Shown in pieces: positions 22,160-37,455 of a stretch of 64,000 nt of DNA. Made by a program: the position numbers and the translations under genes. This DNA is from Geosiphon pyriformis uo1 (lineage: Eukaryota; Fungi; Glomeromycota). Numbering within the stretch: the stretch's first letter is position 1; each line of letters starts with the position of its first letter. The stretch is from the NCBI GenBank assembly GCA_016748015.1, contig JAAOMT010000030.1, positions 23,222-87,221 of the forward strand, read 5' to 3'. Below the pieces are notes generated by a model. That model saw only the letters and a list, made by a program, of their open reading frames with translations. It did not search any database and had not been told where the DNA came from.

Positions 22160-23021
22160 TATTACAGATAATTATTTAGAGTCTTAAATCAAATAACAAA
22201 CTCATAACTTGGTACTCAATTAATATATATTAATGTTAGTAATATCTGAAGGTTTTGTTGTGAAGTTCTTTGTACAATAAACAGAAATTTAGTGTTGATT
22301 ATAGTAGCTTCTTAAAATTGCAATTCCATCTAATTTTTTTTTCAGTTTTGTAGCTGGATTTATTCTAGTAGTCATGTCTTTTTAGTAAGTTATCCATTAA
22401 TATATATATAATTTTATTCTTATTTCTGGGTTTTTTACCAGACTATTCTTGACATTAATAATTCAGTGCTTAATTTTCAATCAATTAGTCAACAACAAAA
22501 GAAAATAAAATAAAGAAAAATAAAAGAAAATAAAAACAATAAAGAAATAAGCCAAGACAATAGTAAGTTAATATCTCATCAATAGTCATGATCAAGAGCT
22601 ATTGGTTCAGTATGATCAAATATAAATTACTATTAACATAAAGTGTTGATAATGAAAAGTAGATTAAGATAGTGAATAATTATTTATTAATATTTGTAAT
22701 GTAGAGGGTTGCTTAGATAAAATCTAAACTGAAAGATCTGTCTTTTCTGTTTCTAATGCTCTTACTATATATACATAATTTAAGTTCTATGAAATTGCTC
22801 ACATTTCTGAGCAATATGCTATAATTTCTTGAGCAATGTTCATATTACTAAGCAATATGCTCTATTTTTCTAACATTGCTCTACATTGTTAAGCAATGTG
22901 CTGTAATTTCTGATATTGCTCCATATTGCTTAAGCAATGTGCTCATGTACTAACTATTATTCTTCTATTGGTCTATCTGTTTTTCCTATTATTTTCTTTT
23001 TATGTTTTTTTATAAGTAACA
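22160..23021 (-). repeat. G2 3' LTR
   Basis: Terminus TATTAC (TG>TA)...TAACA; PPT adjacent; GAGCAATGTGCT-type repeats. Confidence 0.9.
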
Positions 23022-26000
23022 TTATCTTCTCTTTTTAATATTAAGCTCCATTAAAATCTTTACTTTGAATTAGATTTAACACTTCTTTTTTTAATACTGT
23101 TTGTTCGACTTTGTTTTTTATCTCTTTAATTTGTGTGTTGTTTATTTTTTTCTATTGGTTAATAGTGATTGTCTCTATGTTGGAGTGTAACAATATTTTT
23201 AGATAATTTTGAAATATCATGTGTAGTCAATAGATTGTTCTAATATGTAGTGTTAGATTTGTTTTCTTTCCAATAATGTTTTCAATGTTCTGTATTATCT
23301 CTTAATTAAATATTCTTTTGGATTTATCAAGATATAACTTTTCAATATCTAACTTTTGTTCCAACTAATAGTAGCAGTATGATATTAGAAGTTGTTCTGT
23401 TCATTGTTTTCAATTTTCTTTTGAAAGTTCTTCTGCTGGAATCATGATGGTTATTTTCCCAAAAGTTTTTTTTATTTTCTTTATTATTTTATCTGACCAG
23501 TTTATTGATTGTTTCAGTGATGACTGATATAATGTACTTTTCTCTTTTTGTTTGGTGTTTTGATAACAGATTGTTTGGTAATTGATGACAATTTCTATGT
23601 TTAATTGCTATTAACTTAAGGTCTGAAACAATTGTTAAGTTAAAGTGTGAATATGGTCTGGTATTTCTATTTTTTTTGTTGTTTTTGTCATGTATATTAT
23701 GTCTTTATATACTCTTTGGTTGTTCAATTTGATGTGTCTGGTTCAATGATTATGATTGGTTTTAGATTTCATGAAATTTTATCTGGTTGAACTAGTATTC
23801 ATTGTACTCTCAGTTGTGGAATATTATTAGTAGATGATAATACTATATGGTGATATGATTTCAGTCAATCACCATGTGCTGCTTTGGCTAAGATTTTGTT
23901 GTTCTATCTTAATTTATAAGCTTCATTTCCTAAAATTTCTTTTATGTAAAATGGTCTATCCCATTTGGGATCAAATTTTCTATTTTATTGTTTTTCCACT
24001 TTGATATAATATAAAAGTACTTTATTTCCAATCTTGAATTCAATTGGTTTATCTGGTAATTGGTTATCATGTCTTTTTTTTTGTTTTTTTTGTAATTTTT
24101 AAATATTATCAGCTGCTTTTTACTATTTGTTTTCTAGTGTTTCTATTAAGTCATATGTTCTTTTTAACAATATTTTTTGTAAATTGTCTTTTGTTATTGG
24201 TTTAGTTGAATATGTGTTAACTTCTATCTTTATTGGTAATGTTGCTGTTTTATCATATACTAATTCAAATGGTGTTGCTTGTATAGTGTCTTGCTTTATT
24301 GTCTGATAAGCAAATAATACTGATGGTATAAACAAATCTTATTTGTCTTGATTTTCTTAACTAATTTTGGCAATTGCTTTACACAATGTTCTATTGAATC
24401 TTTCAATTAAGCCATTTGTTTGTGAATAATATAGTGATAATAATAGTCTTTTGATTCCAAATCTTTGACTTAATTCTGTTAATGTTCTATTTACAAAGTG
24501 AGTTCTTTGGTCAGATAGTAATTTTTTTAGACATCTGTGTTAACAAATCAGATCTTAATAAATGAATTCAGCAATAAATTCTGTATCTGCTCTTTGAATG
24601 GCTTTTGCTTCTGGCCATTTAGTAAGATAATCCATGACTACAGCAATATATCTGTTGCCTTTGCTGATAATTGTTAATAGTCTAACTAAATCAATTCTAA
24701 TCTGATCAAATAGTTGTTCTACTTTGATTGGTCTTAATAGTTTGCTTGGTTTTGTTTCTTTTTTTCTCTGACAAGCATCACAATTTTAAATATATTAGAT
24801 AATGTCTGGGTACATTAATGGCCAATAATATTGTTTTTTGGCTCTTTCCATGGTTGTTTCTTTGTGAAAATGTTTTACTATTGGATTTGAATACATGTTG
24901 AACAATATTGTCTCTTTCTTTGGCTCTGTAATTACTCTGGTTGGTTAATCTAGATTTCTTTTGTTCTTCCTATAAAGTATATTTTGGTAAGTGATAAAAT
25001 ATTTAAATTGTTGTTTGATGTTGTTTCATTCTTTTTAAAATAANNNNNNNNNNNNNNNNNNNNNNNNNNNNNNNNNNNNNNNNNNNNNNNNNNNNNNNNN
25101 NNNNNNNNNNNNNNNNNNNNNNNNNNNNNNNNNNNNNNNNNNNNNNNNNNNNNNNNNNNNNNNNNNNNNNNNNNNNNNNNNNNNNNNNNNNNNNNNNNNN
25201 NNNNNNNNNNNNNNNNNNNNNNNNNNNNNNNNNNNNNNNNNNNNNNNNNNNNNNNNNNNNNNNNNNNNNNNNNNNNNNNNNNNNNNNNNNNNNNNNNNNN
25301 NNNNNNNNNNNNNNNNNNNNNNNNNNNNNNNNNNNNNNNNNNNNNNNNNNNNNNNNNNNNNNNNNNNNNNNNNNNNNNNNNNNNNNNNNNNNNNNNNNNN
25401 NNNNNNNNNNNNNNNNNNNNNNNNNNNNNNNNNNNNNNNNNNNNNNNNNNNNNNNNNNNNNNNNNNNNNNNNNNNNNNNNNNNNNNNNNNNNNNNNNNNN
25501 NNNNNNNNNNNNNNNNNNNNNNNNNNNNNNNNNNNNNNNNNNNNNNNNNNNNNNNNNNNNNNNNNNNNNNNNNNNNNNNNNNNNNNNNNNNNNNNNNNNN
25601 NNNNNNNNNNNNNNNNNNNNNNNNNNNNNNNNNNNNNNNNNNNNNNNNNNNNNNNNNNNNNNNNNNNNNNNNNNNNNNNNNNNNNNNNNNNNNNNNNNNN
25701 NNNNNNNNNNNNNNNNNNNNNNNNNNNNNNNNATTTTAATTCTGTTTTTCTGAAGAAGCACTTGGTGGCATTTAACTTCAGTCCAACTCTTTTCAATTTT
25801 TCAAACACTTGCTGAAGATGATATAGATGATCATCAAATGTTTTTGAAAATACATTGGTGTTGTTCAAGTAGACTATTACTGATTTTTATAGCAATCTTG
25901 TGTAAACAATTTCTATTAGCCATTGAAATATGGCTGAAACATTCATCAAACCAAATGGCATTATTTTAAATTCAAAGTTTTTTTCTCTTGTGATGAATAC

Positions 26001-28437
26001 AGTTTTCTTTTTGTCAGCTGAATTCATGGCTACTTGCCAATAACCACTGTCTAAATCTAGTGTTGAGAACCATTTTTTTCCTCTAAAAGCATCAAATAGC
26101 TTTTGGATCCATAGAGTTTGGTAGCTATCTCTACAAGTTACACCATTGAGTTTTCTATAATCTACACAAAAGCAAATTTTTCCATTCTTCTTATGGACTA
26201 GTACTACTAGTAATGACTATAGACTTATAGATAGTTGAATTAACTTATTGTTTAACATCTGATTGATTTCCTGTTGGATGATTTTATGGCTGGCTGGTGG
26301 TACTCTGTATGCTTATTGTTTTATTGACATCACATTATTAGTTTTGATTTAATGCTAAATAATATCAATATGGCCAAATTTATTTTTATTGGCAAAAATA
26401 TTATTAAAGTTGTTGAATAATATCTTGAGCTGCATTCATTGTAGTGGGTCTAAATTTTTTAAATTTATCTGTTTCAATTGTTTTGATTGAAGTAAATAAT
26501 ATTCACTTTGTCTGTAGATGGTTTGTGATGTAATATTCACATATTTGCAAAGCTGTAGAAAGTCTAGAATAGTGGTTGGTAGTTGGTTTTCAACTTTGAT
26601 GCTTAAATATCTAATGATAGTTTCTTTTGGTATTTCAATAACATCTTTGGTTGTGTTGTAGATAGGAATTTTAATGTGTTTGGGGCTTTTGGCTAGTATG
26701 TAAAGATTGGTAAGCCCAATTTTTTCTGATTCACAAAGAGTTACTTTTGTTTCAAATATCTATACTTGATCCTTCACTTTTCTCTTTATAGTTAACATAT
26801 ACTGGTTATATGACAGAATGGAAACTGCTTGATAAGTGAAAATAATTTTTTCCTTGTTAACAACTTTTTTCTCTGCTATATTAACTGGTATATTTATTCT
26901 ACCTATGAATCTGAATCCACTTATTTCTCTAGCTATAATCCCTAATTCTTTCCTGTTTCCTACTGATATTAACTGAGCTATTTTAACTAGAAACAAGAAT
27001 ATTGTCTGTGCTATCTTTTTATTTGGCTCTATAATGTAGGCTTTTTTTGAGTCATTTTGTAGTATTGCAATAATATTTCCTACATATCCTGTATTAATTA
27101 TTTTTTCTTTTATATTAATTATTTTTTTTGCTAAACTATTTCTTGATGCTAATTAAACTATTGTTGTAGCTGGAATTTTTAGTGCTATCTTTAGATTAAT
27201 ACAGGTATGTGAATGTGGTTCCAATTTAATGGCTTCTTTTCTAGGATATCTCAGATCAAATCCTGTATTAGTATTATACACTCATTCTGGCATGATGCTC
27301 TCATTATTATCACTGAACCATTTGAGTTCCTGTTCTTTGAAGAGATCAAAAAGTGTAATGTATTGTTTAGAGTTTGAATTAGAGTTTGAATTATCATTGT
27401 TGTTATTGCTATTTAAAACTGAGCTGGAACCATTGTTGTCATTATTATTGTCAGAGTTTAAATCAGAATTGAACTGTGATTCCAATTCTGATGCACAGTT
27501 GCTAATTGGTTTCTCTTCTTTGAGAATCATATAAATCATGTATGGTGGTGGATTATAAACAATATCACAATTATCATAATATTCGAAGTTGCTTGGAATT
27601 AAACAATGTCTGTATAATTAGGTATTCAACTGTTTCAACTATTGTTTTTGTTCTTCTCTGGTAGGCACTAGGTTCTAGTAGTGTTTGTAGAATTGCTTAA
27701 AATTGTCTTTGCTGTCATTAAAAATGTCCACAGTTACAATATATTTGGGTTTAGAATGGGTAAGTGGATTGTTTTTGATTTTTAGTATTTTACTAGTTAA
27801 AGCTTCTTTTGCTTTTACACTTACTATTCTTCAGATTTCATGTTTGTTATATGAGTACCCTTCTAATTATTATAGTGCTCACTTCTAAGCATTGTTGATT
27901 GAAGTTTTTTTTTGTATTTAGTCATTAATGAGAATTGTGTATTAACATGATTTGTTGCATGTTTTTCTTCTCCTTGGAATGTCATTCCATATTTTTTTGT
28001 TAGGTAAAATGGTTTCACATGCTAAGCAAGATTTGTTATTTCATTTTCCTTGTCATTTAGGTTATCCAAAACATTTAAGAATGCATGAACAGCAGTAAAA
28101 TTTAATTGCCATTGGTTATTCTTTGTTATTGCCACAACATGTGCCCATTGTAGACAATTTTTTGCCACAATCAACACATATGAGCTTGGGTTGACAATAA
28201 TTTGTTTGAAATGGTGTGGTGTATAGAATATATATAGAGGTGGTCACTTGTGTTGACTTTTCTTTCTTTTTCTGCTCTTTTTTTTTCTCTTTTTCTCCCA
28301 GGTCGAAATTGGTGGTAGTTCATTGTGGTTGTTATTGAACCATGAAATTTGATAGACTTTTCAAGTAGGTTTTTCTTTTTCTTCCTCAAATTCGATTAGT
28401 GAAGCTGGTGTGGTGCCATTTGGTTTGAAGTGGCCAC

Positions 28438-29409
28438 TGTTACCAGTAAAATTTAGCTATTAAATAGCATGAAATTACTTTCATAATTTTTATTATTAAT
28501 TAGCATATATTATTATTATTTTGATTATTACTTATTATTTAATCAAATTATCAAATATTATTACTTAATCAATAATCCGATTTGTACAATAGAAATTAAG
28601 ATAATCAAATTACACAATACTCTGAACCATTTAACATAGTCAAAATTCGCTGAAATTAATAAAAATTGTCCGAAATAATCAATAGTTCAGTAAAATAACT
28701 TGTAGTTTGCCGAAATGTATCTTTTGTTCATCCAAATTATAGCAAAAAGAAAAGTACAAGTTCAAAGACTAATACTACAACAAGTTGTATAAAAGAAGAG
28801 CCTTTCTCTTCAAGAAAATGTATCTTTTCATAGTATCTTAACATAGTGTATTACTTTAGATATCTTAATTAAAACAAATCATCTTTTACACATTCAAATA
28901 AAAATTAAATATTCAAAAACCAAATTCTTAAATTATTACACTTAAAATTCTCTCAAACCCAACTAACATTTCGAAATTGATTAGCTATCAATTTTAATAA
29001 ACTGTTAGTAATTCCAGGTCTGAATAGAAAACGTTTCTCTTAACAGAATTTTATTTCTTTTACATTTTTTTTTATTTTTTTATTTTTTTCTTATCATAAT
29101 CATTAAAGTAGCCTATAAATAAGATTCCTGTAGAAGAGTTGATTTTCACAGCAAAGTAACTACACATTTTTAATGAGCTTTCAGATAAGCAATTTATGGA
29201 AAAGAGTTGACATTTACTACAACATAATTACACAAAGTAACTGGCACAAAATTGGCTATTTCATTTATAAGCTCAGCAATTCAAATTATAGGAGATAATT
29301 TGAAGATAAATTCAGTTACTGGAGATCCAACTACTTCCTAAGAACGTGAATTCACAGCAAATTAACATTAACAGCATTCAAAAAAAGAGACCAAAAACCT
29401 TCGGTAACA
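28438..29409 (+). repeat. G3 5' LTR (972 bp), followed by degenerate PBS tttgatactctc
   Basis: Matches the split 3' LTR. Confidence 0.9.
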
Positions 29410-29419
29410 TTTGATACTC

Positions 29420-32400
29420 TCCTACAGAAATAATACAGTAATAACAACTTCAAAGTAACAACCACACCAGACACAACAACTCTAGAGTATTATCAGTCAA
29501 TTTACACCCATTGCAAGCAGAAATTTAACATCCCAGATGGAATTGAAATTGTTAAAAAAACACTTTACCAATATATTGAAAACTGTATCAACAATTATCT
29601 TCTTGGAGATTACAACATTTCAGAAGTTAGAAGCAACCTTTACAATAATTTAGTGCACTATTTACAGTTGAAAACTAAAGACCTTAACAGTGAAACACTT
29701 GTCACTTACTTCCAAAAACTTAATTTTAATATTATTAAGTATTGTGAAGAAACATATTTAGTACAGTCTAAATACTTCCTTGACTTTAAATTAGAAACTG
29801 AAACAAGCAACAAAGACAAACAAAAAGTAAACCAATACTCAAAAACCACTCCAAACACTCCAATACTACCAAAGACAATTGCCAAATACTTGCAAACACT
29901 TGAACAAAGAACCAGTGTCAAATTACTACTTTCTATTATACCATTTCTAATTTCACTTGCTCAATCACAAACACCAAATTCATCACTTAACTGTTTTTTC
30001 AGACCAAAAGATTTTCAGTCACTTAGAAATCTTACTCAATAGCAGAAACTCATATCAATAAGCACCAATATTATTGATTACTTACAAGAAAATGAAAGTA
30101 ATAATTCAGAAAACTTGGAAAGTGAAAAAACTGAATCAAAACAAGAAGAAACCACAGAAAATAAAAAAGAAATAGCAGCTGCTTATATTGCAAAGATTCC
30201 AGAATTCACTGGTAAAGACAATGATACCAGTTCTCAAGAATGGCTTAACAAAATTCAAAAAGCAGGAAATACAAATAGTTGGAATGCAGCAAAAATGCTC
30301 AAAGCAATCTTATACTTTCTCCAAGAAACCACAGGAGAATAGTTTGAAAACTTAAAAAAATTATTTGGAAACTGGCAAGCATTTAAAAATGCTTTCTTAC
30401 AACAATTCACTGACAACAACATCTCTATTACTCTCCACAATCACTTTCACAATATCAAACAAAAAACATCTGAAACTATCATAACCTATCTTGAAAAATT
30501 CAATAAACTTCTTAGACGAATTCAACAATTAGAAACCAATGACTACTATTCCGATGCCCAGATTCTAGATTAGTTTATAGCAGGATTAAAAAACAAACTC
30601 ATTAAAAAAGTTTGTCCACATGCTCCAGAAGACCTAACTACTGCTATTAGACATGTAAAGAACTATGAAATGGCAATAGAAGAAGCAAACCATACCAAAC
30701 TTGTCAACTTAACTATTGGAAAAACCAGCTCAACAGCTAAAAAAAAAATAAACCAACTTACAAAAAAGATTGAAAACTACTTTACAAACCAACAACAACA
30801 GCAGCAACAACTACAAAGATATTAACCACTATAACAATACAACCAAAACAATTTTGGATCATCATTCAACAACCAACTTCAAAATTATTATTATTCTAGA
30901 ATCTTAGAACACTAGAAACAAGATTGCAAGAAATTACAAAGAGACCAACAAAACAGGAGTAATTAGCATTACTCTTCACCACAACAATTTTATTATCAAT
31001 CCCTACCACCAACTTATTACTTACTAAGACCACAAAATCAAAACAATTACTATTAACCAGTTTCACAACTAATGCAGCAACAATATTAGCAATCTTTACC
31101 AATTCAGCAATATTAAACATTATTCACTCAATAATATCAAGTACCAGCCAGAAAATTGGTCCAACAAAACCAATTTACACCACAAAACCGTTTTTTAACA
31201 AACCACAACAGATTTAACCCCAATAATTAACTAGTTCTCCGAAATTCTGTTCAACAAAAATCCACTCAGTTTTACACTCAACCCAGTTATTTAATTATAC
31301 AAGAAATTCGGATTTTTAACAAACTGCACTTTCTGAAGGTAAAGTTGCAGCACCAAGATCAAATTCTTCCAACAATACTATTCCACCAGCCCAAATTGTC
31401 CAAAATGCCAACCTGTCAGATATATTCCCATTCGAATTTGAAACAAATAAATCACTATTTTTGCTTAGCAATGCAGCAGTTAATGAGCAAAAAGCTATTA
31501 CTGCCATGTACATTAAAGCTACAATAAAAAGAAAGCCCATTCAATTAATTTTAGACAGTAGATCTACTGGAAGTATCATTACCTACCAATTAATACAACA
31601 ACTCAATCAAAATGTTAACAGACCAATCCAAACAGTAATTGTTACAGCAGATGGTATGAAAAAGACACTAGTAAGAGAAATTAACAACTTCCTATTTACC
31701 ATTGATGGAATTATCATTCCAGTCAAAGTTCTAGTCATGGATGCACTCCAATACTAAGCTCTTGTTGGAAATGATTAGCTTTTTAAGGCCAATGCAAACT
31801 TAAACTGGGAAACTCAAGAACTAAAAATCTCATACCAAAGACAATACATTATAGTACTTGCTACTTGTGATATTTTCAACAAATGATCAGAAAAAGCCCT
31901 AGTATTCGAATTTGAGGAGAAGAAAAAAATGCCACTCACTGAAATCTACATGGCTCTTGGATCAACATCTAATTGGGCTGAGGAAACAGAACAAAAAATT
32001 TTTGAAAAAACAAGAAGATGAAAGAAGGTTCAATATTTCACATCAGAACCATGAAAATAACCACCATACATTCTACTAAAATACAAAGATTGCAAAAAGA
32101 AGCTTTCATCTATGGGAGCCTGTATTTTCCTAAAAAAGAAGTATGAAACTTGCACCTGCTATTTCTGTAAAGCATGCCATAAAAAACAATTTGAATTCCC
32201 AAAAAGAAGTAGAAAATGGGACAACACATCTTGTCTTATATATGGAGATATATTACTTGAAGAATGCAACTGGATTAATGTTGCAATAAGAGGAGAAGTA
32301 TGTGATCAAACCTGTCAATATGTCTTATCAATTTTGGAAAAAGTGAAAAGAAAAACCCTATTCAATACAGCATACAACAGTGTTTTCAACAAACTGTATT

Positions 32401-35400
32401 ACTATCCTCATAATACTGAAATGATTTTTGACTTAGCAATGACATTAATCAATAGAGCCACCCAAGAAGATGTTTGCCAAATAAAAAAAGCTGAATACAT
32501 TGAGTATACTATAGAATTAGCTGGATTTGATTATAAAGATGAAGTAGAAACTTATTACCAAATTGTAAGTTATACATACTCAACAAAAGAAGCTCAAATT
32601 CAATGATTAGAGCAAATAAACATTCAATTATATGAAGAATGTGTTATGCCTTATGATGACCAATAGTGTTTAGAATGCTATGCTCTTAGCATTCCCTTGC
32701 CAAATGAGAATAATGAAAATGAAATTGAATTTGAAGTATCTGAACTGGTAGAAAAACTACCAATCACTCCCATCTATCTTTTTGAAAATCAATTACCTCT
32801 ACAACTTAAATATTTTGACAATTATGGCCAAGGAATCAGACCAGAAAAAGCACACAAGATTAATGCTGGATATGATCTAAGATATTCAAGAAAAGATACT
32901 TTGGTTCTCCAACCAAAGTTCTTAACAAAAATTAATCTCAAAATTGTTCTTGAAATTCTACCTGGAGCAATGGTTCAAATTGCATCCAGATTATCATTGG
33001 CAAGCAAAGAAATCAATATTAGAGAAGAAGTTATAGATGCAGAATACACTAGAGACATTACTATCATACTACAAAATAAAACTGAAAAAACATTCAAAAT
33101 TGAGCATGCAGAAAAAATTGCCCAAGCAATTTACTTACCCTTAATCAACATTTCGAGTTTACAATCAGTTAACAACAGAGAACAATTGAGAAAAAGTAAA
33201 AGAGGAATGCAAGGTTTTGGTTCAACTGAACAATTTACAGTTCTAGTAAACATAGTTCTTAAAATACAAAATGAATCTTACCAGATTTTTCAACTTCCTT
33301 AACCAATTACTATTTCACTTTTTGGTGAACATCATGAAATTTACACTTGCTCAAAATTTATCACTACTCAACAAATCTTTGAATCCAATGAACAAATCTG
33401 TTAAAACATGAAATCTCAATCCCAAATATTTATATTCCCAAAGGAATGAAAAAATTTTGAGTTATATTTTACAATTTCAATAATTATTTTATTGTCTTAT
33501 TAAATAAATTAGAGATTGAAATTATACACAATAATATTTTCTAAGATGAAAACTCTCAAATTGTCTCTAATTTCATCGAAATTATAAGACATATTCTACT
33601 TCTTAACCCTAATATTATTCCTACTACTGAGAATTACTACTTTTTGGAAGAAAAACTTTCTTGAATCAACATGAGTCCCTTAGAACCTTAACAACAAAGA
33701 CAATTAAAACAGCTAATAGCTGAATTTGTAGAGATATTTGCAAAAAACAACAATGACCTTAGAAAAACTGATATTGTTCAACACCAAATTCATATAAGAG
33801 ATGCTCCACCAAAACAACAACAAGCTTATCAAGTACCACCTGCCAGCCACCAATTTATTAGGGAAGAAGTTCAGAGAATACTCAATAACTGATTGATTCA
33901 ACCATCAAAAAGTCCATAGGCCTCATCAATAGTTTTTGTCAAAAAGAAAAATGGAAAAATCAGATTTTGTGTTGACTACTGACAATTGAATAGTGTCACA
34001 ATTGGAGATGCCTATCTTTTTCCAAAAATATATGACATGTTAGATGCTTTAGAAAAAGCCGAGTTTTTTTCAACTTTAGACTTAGAAAGTGGATACTGAC
34101 AAGTCGAAATAGACCCAAATAATAGACCCAAAACAGCATTTACTATCCAAATAGGAAACTATGAGTTCAATATTATGTCTTTTGAATTCTACAATACACC
34201 AACAACATTTCAATAATTTATAGATGTTATATATAAAAAACTCTTGTAGCAATCAGTAGTTGTCTATCTTAATGACACTAATGTATACTTCCCAAGCTTT
34301 AGAGCTCATCTTATCCATCTGCAAGAAGTTTTTCAACGATTATAAAAAGCAGAATTGAAGTTAAACATCAAGAAATATCACTTTGGAAAGACAAGCTTAA
34401 ATTTTCTTGGACATATTGTTAGCAAAGATGGAGTTAAACCAAACTCTAAAACAATCAGTGCTGTCAAAAACTTTCAAACTTCCAAAAATACCACAGAATT
34501 ATTAAAATTTGTAGGATTAGCCTCTTACTATTGAAAATTCATAAAAGGATTCTCAGAAATTGCCAAACCACTCAATTATTTTACTAACAAAAATGTATCA
34601 TACCAATGAAATAAGAAACAACAAAAAGCTTTTGAAACTCTCAAGACAAAATTAACAACAGTTCCAGTTCTTGCTTATCCAAACTTCAACAAACAATTTC
34701 AACTAGCCACTAATGCTTCACACATAGCATTTGGTGCTATCTTATCACAATTGAATGAAAATGGCCAGGAATAAATCATTGCCTATGCTAATAGAACACT
34801 CAAATCAACAGAACTCAAATATGGCTTAACTGAATTAGAAGCTGCCACAGTTATTTGGGCTTTTAAACATTTTCAACAATACTTGAAGAATAGAAAAAAA
34901 TTTGACATCATAATTGACAATATTGGTCTCAAATGGCTCAATAAAAAGAAAACTAAACAAAGTGCCAAATAGTCTCGATGAAATGATTTCCTAGCAGACT
35001 ACAAATATATTGTACACCACAAATCAAGAAAACTACACACCAATGTTGATAGTCTCTCAAGAATAAGACAAAATTAACACTGCTTACAATTCCACCACAA
35101 CTTATTACTACCAACAAAACAACAAAACAATAATAGATCTCAGAAATTACAACAATCTTAAAAACTATTTGAAAACTCTTACCATACCAGAAAATTGGTT
35201 TCCAAGTGAAAAACATCAATTACAACACCAATCTAAACAATATTTTATATATCACAACAAAATTTATTACAAAAACTGTAGAAATTCAAACCAATTACTC
35301 AAATTAGTACAGAAAAATAAAAAAAAAACAATTCTATACAACATGCACACAGATCTTTCTTCAGCACACTTAGGAAGAGATGGAACAATTTAAAAAACTC

Positions 35401-37340
35401 TTAAATATTACTTTTGGTCTCACATGCAAAAAGATATTAGACAATATATAGAATTTTGTAATAGTTGTCAAAGAAGAAAAGAAACTTGTCTCACAGAACC
35501 TTTAAATCCAATCAAAGTTGGACAACTTTTTGACAGAGTTGGAATTGATTTAGTCGAATTATTACCTATTACAACTTAAGGAAATTGTTATATTGTAGTG
35601 ACAATAAATTATCTCACTAAATAGTCTGAAGCTAAAGCCATCCAAAGAGCTGATGCAAAATCAGTAGCAAATTTTATTTATAAAAACATTATTTGTAGAC
35701 ATGGATGCCCAATTAAACTTTTATTTAATCAAGAAACACATTTTGTGAACAACTTGATACAAAAAATTTGTGAACAATTCAATATTAAAAGACTCTTATT
35801 ATCATCTTATCACCCTAAACAAATGAACTTGTAGAACGTTTTAACAGAACATTGTGTAAATTATTAGCCAAAATTTCAACAGATTTTGAGCAAGAATGAG
35901 ATATTTTTATTCCATTAGTGTTACTAGCATACAGAACACTAAAACAAGATATTACAAAACACACACTATTTGATCTTACTTATAGAAAGATGGCAATATT
36001 GCCAATTAATTTCATAGTAAAAACATATCTAGTACAACCAATTAATAAAAAAATTTTTCAAGAAACACTTCAAAGAAGAGCTTACACTCTTTTTAGTACA
36101 TTGAAAAGAAAGAGACACATAGCAGCCACTTATATTGAATATTCTTAAGCCTTATAAAAAGAAAGACATAACAACAAACTGCTACCAGTTACCAACAAAT
36201 TTAAAGTTGAAAATAAAGTTCTCTTATACAGAACTACGACTGAAAAACAATGGAGTGGAAAATTTGAACATAAATAAGATGAACCATTTTATATTCACGA
36301 AATTTTAGACAATAGATTATACAAGTTAAGACTTGATAACAAAGTATTGGCAAAGGTTGCACATAGAAATAAATTGAAACACTATTATTTCAGAAACAAT
36401 TCTAAACCATTAATTCCACAAATTAGCATACATTCTCCTTTAATTAATCTGGAAGATATTTCCCAAAATTTAGAACCAATAATTATAATAAAACAACAAC
36501 CAAACTAGAACACTTAGTTTAACATATTTTTACAATAATTTTTTTAATAACACACAAAACAGAAAAATAGTAAATAATTATAAGAAACACTCAAACTCAA
36601 AAACAAATAAAAACTCTACCCAAAAATAATTTTCTTTATTTTTTTTTTCAAATTTAATTAGTCATTTTTATCATAATTATTTTTCGAAATATCCAACAAA
36701 TATTCCAAAAATTAATGTTAGCTTTGAAAACACTTTTTGACATATCTATAATGATTAATAGAAGTCAAATTAATTATATTTAGAAAGAAACTACAGCCCC
36801 AATAGTAAATAATTCTCAGAATTATCACTTCTATAGAAGAAAAACAAGAGGTTATTCTGGAATTCAATTACCAGAACTTCTGAAGCAAGCACTAAAAAAA
36901 AACCTTTTATATGTTCCTATTAATATTTTACCAAATGCCATAGTTCAACAAAAACTTCTACTATTTCTCAATAAACAGAACAATAAACATACTCTTATAT
37001 ATAGATATTTCTATATTAGAAAAACACTTTATAAATGAAAACTGAAACTTAAAACAACCAACATTACTCCTAAGACTATACAAAAACAAATTCACAATGA
37101 ATTCAAGATAACAGCTAGATCAACAAACACTTGCTACAAACTTAGAGCAGCAGTTAAACTCTATGAGTTATTCACCACTTGTGAAAACGTCCTACAAAAT
37201 TTAATATTTCATTCAATAAAAATTCAATACATTGGAAAGCTTACAGAACTAAAATTTCAACAATTTTCAAACCAGATTATTTTAATTATCTTGGATCACT
37301 ATCTTAATATTACAAATAGTGCTTGGATTTTGATGAAGTT
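29420..37340 (+). pseudogene. G3 gag-pol and 3' ORF, disrupted
   Basis: gag AYIAKIPEFTGKD (30115-30800), PR LILDSRSTGS (31461-31870), Cys domain (32060-32690), dUTPase (32850-33240), RT (33700-34550), RNase H (34660-35060), IN (35169-36400), 3' ORF (~36900-37330). Confidence 0.9.
32697..33302 (+). pseudogene. dut: G3 dUTPase domain
   Basis: NAGYDL, ASRLSLA, VIDAEYTRDI, KIAQAI, RGMQGFGST. Confidence 0.9.
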
Positions 37341-37455
37341 CAGTCTTAAGAAGGAAATTATGTTACCAATAGAATTTTAGCTATTAAATAGCATAAAATT
37401 ATCTTTATAATTCTTATTATTAAATAGCATATATTATTATTATTTCAATTATTAC

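Noticed and set aside
27340-27490. Asn/Ser-rich repeat ORF (also 13600-13740 and 63090-63190)
   Set aside because: Low-complexity linker within Pol upstream of the dUTPase, not a separate gene.
31300-31330. Possible gag-pol -1 frameshift site GGATTTTTA in G3
   Set aside because: Not clearly conserved in other copies, and the many decay indels prevent frame inference.
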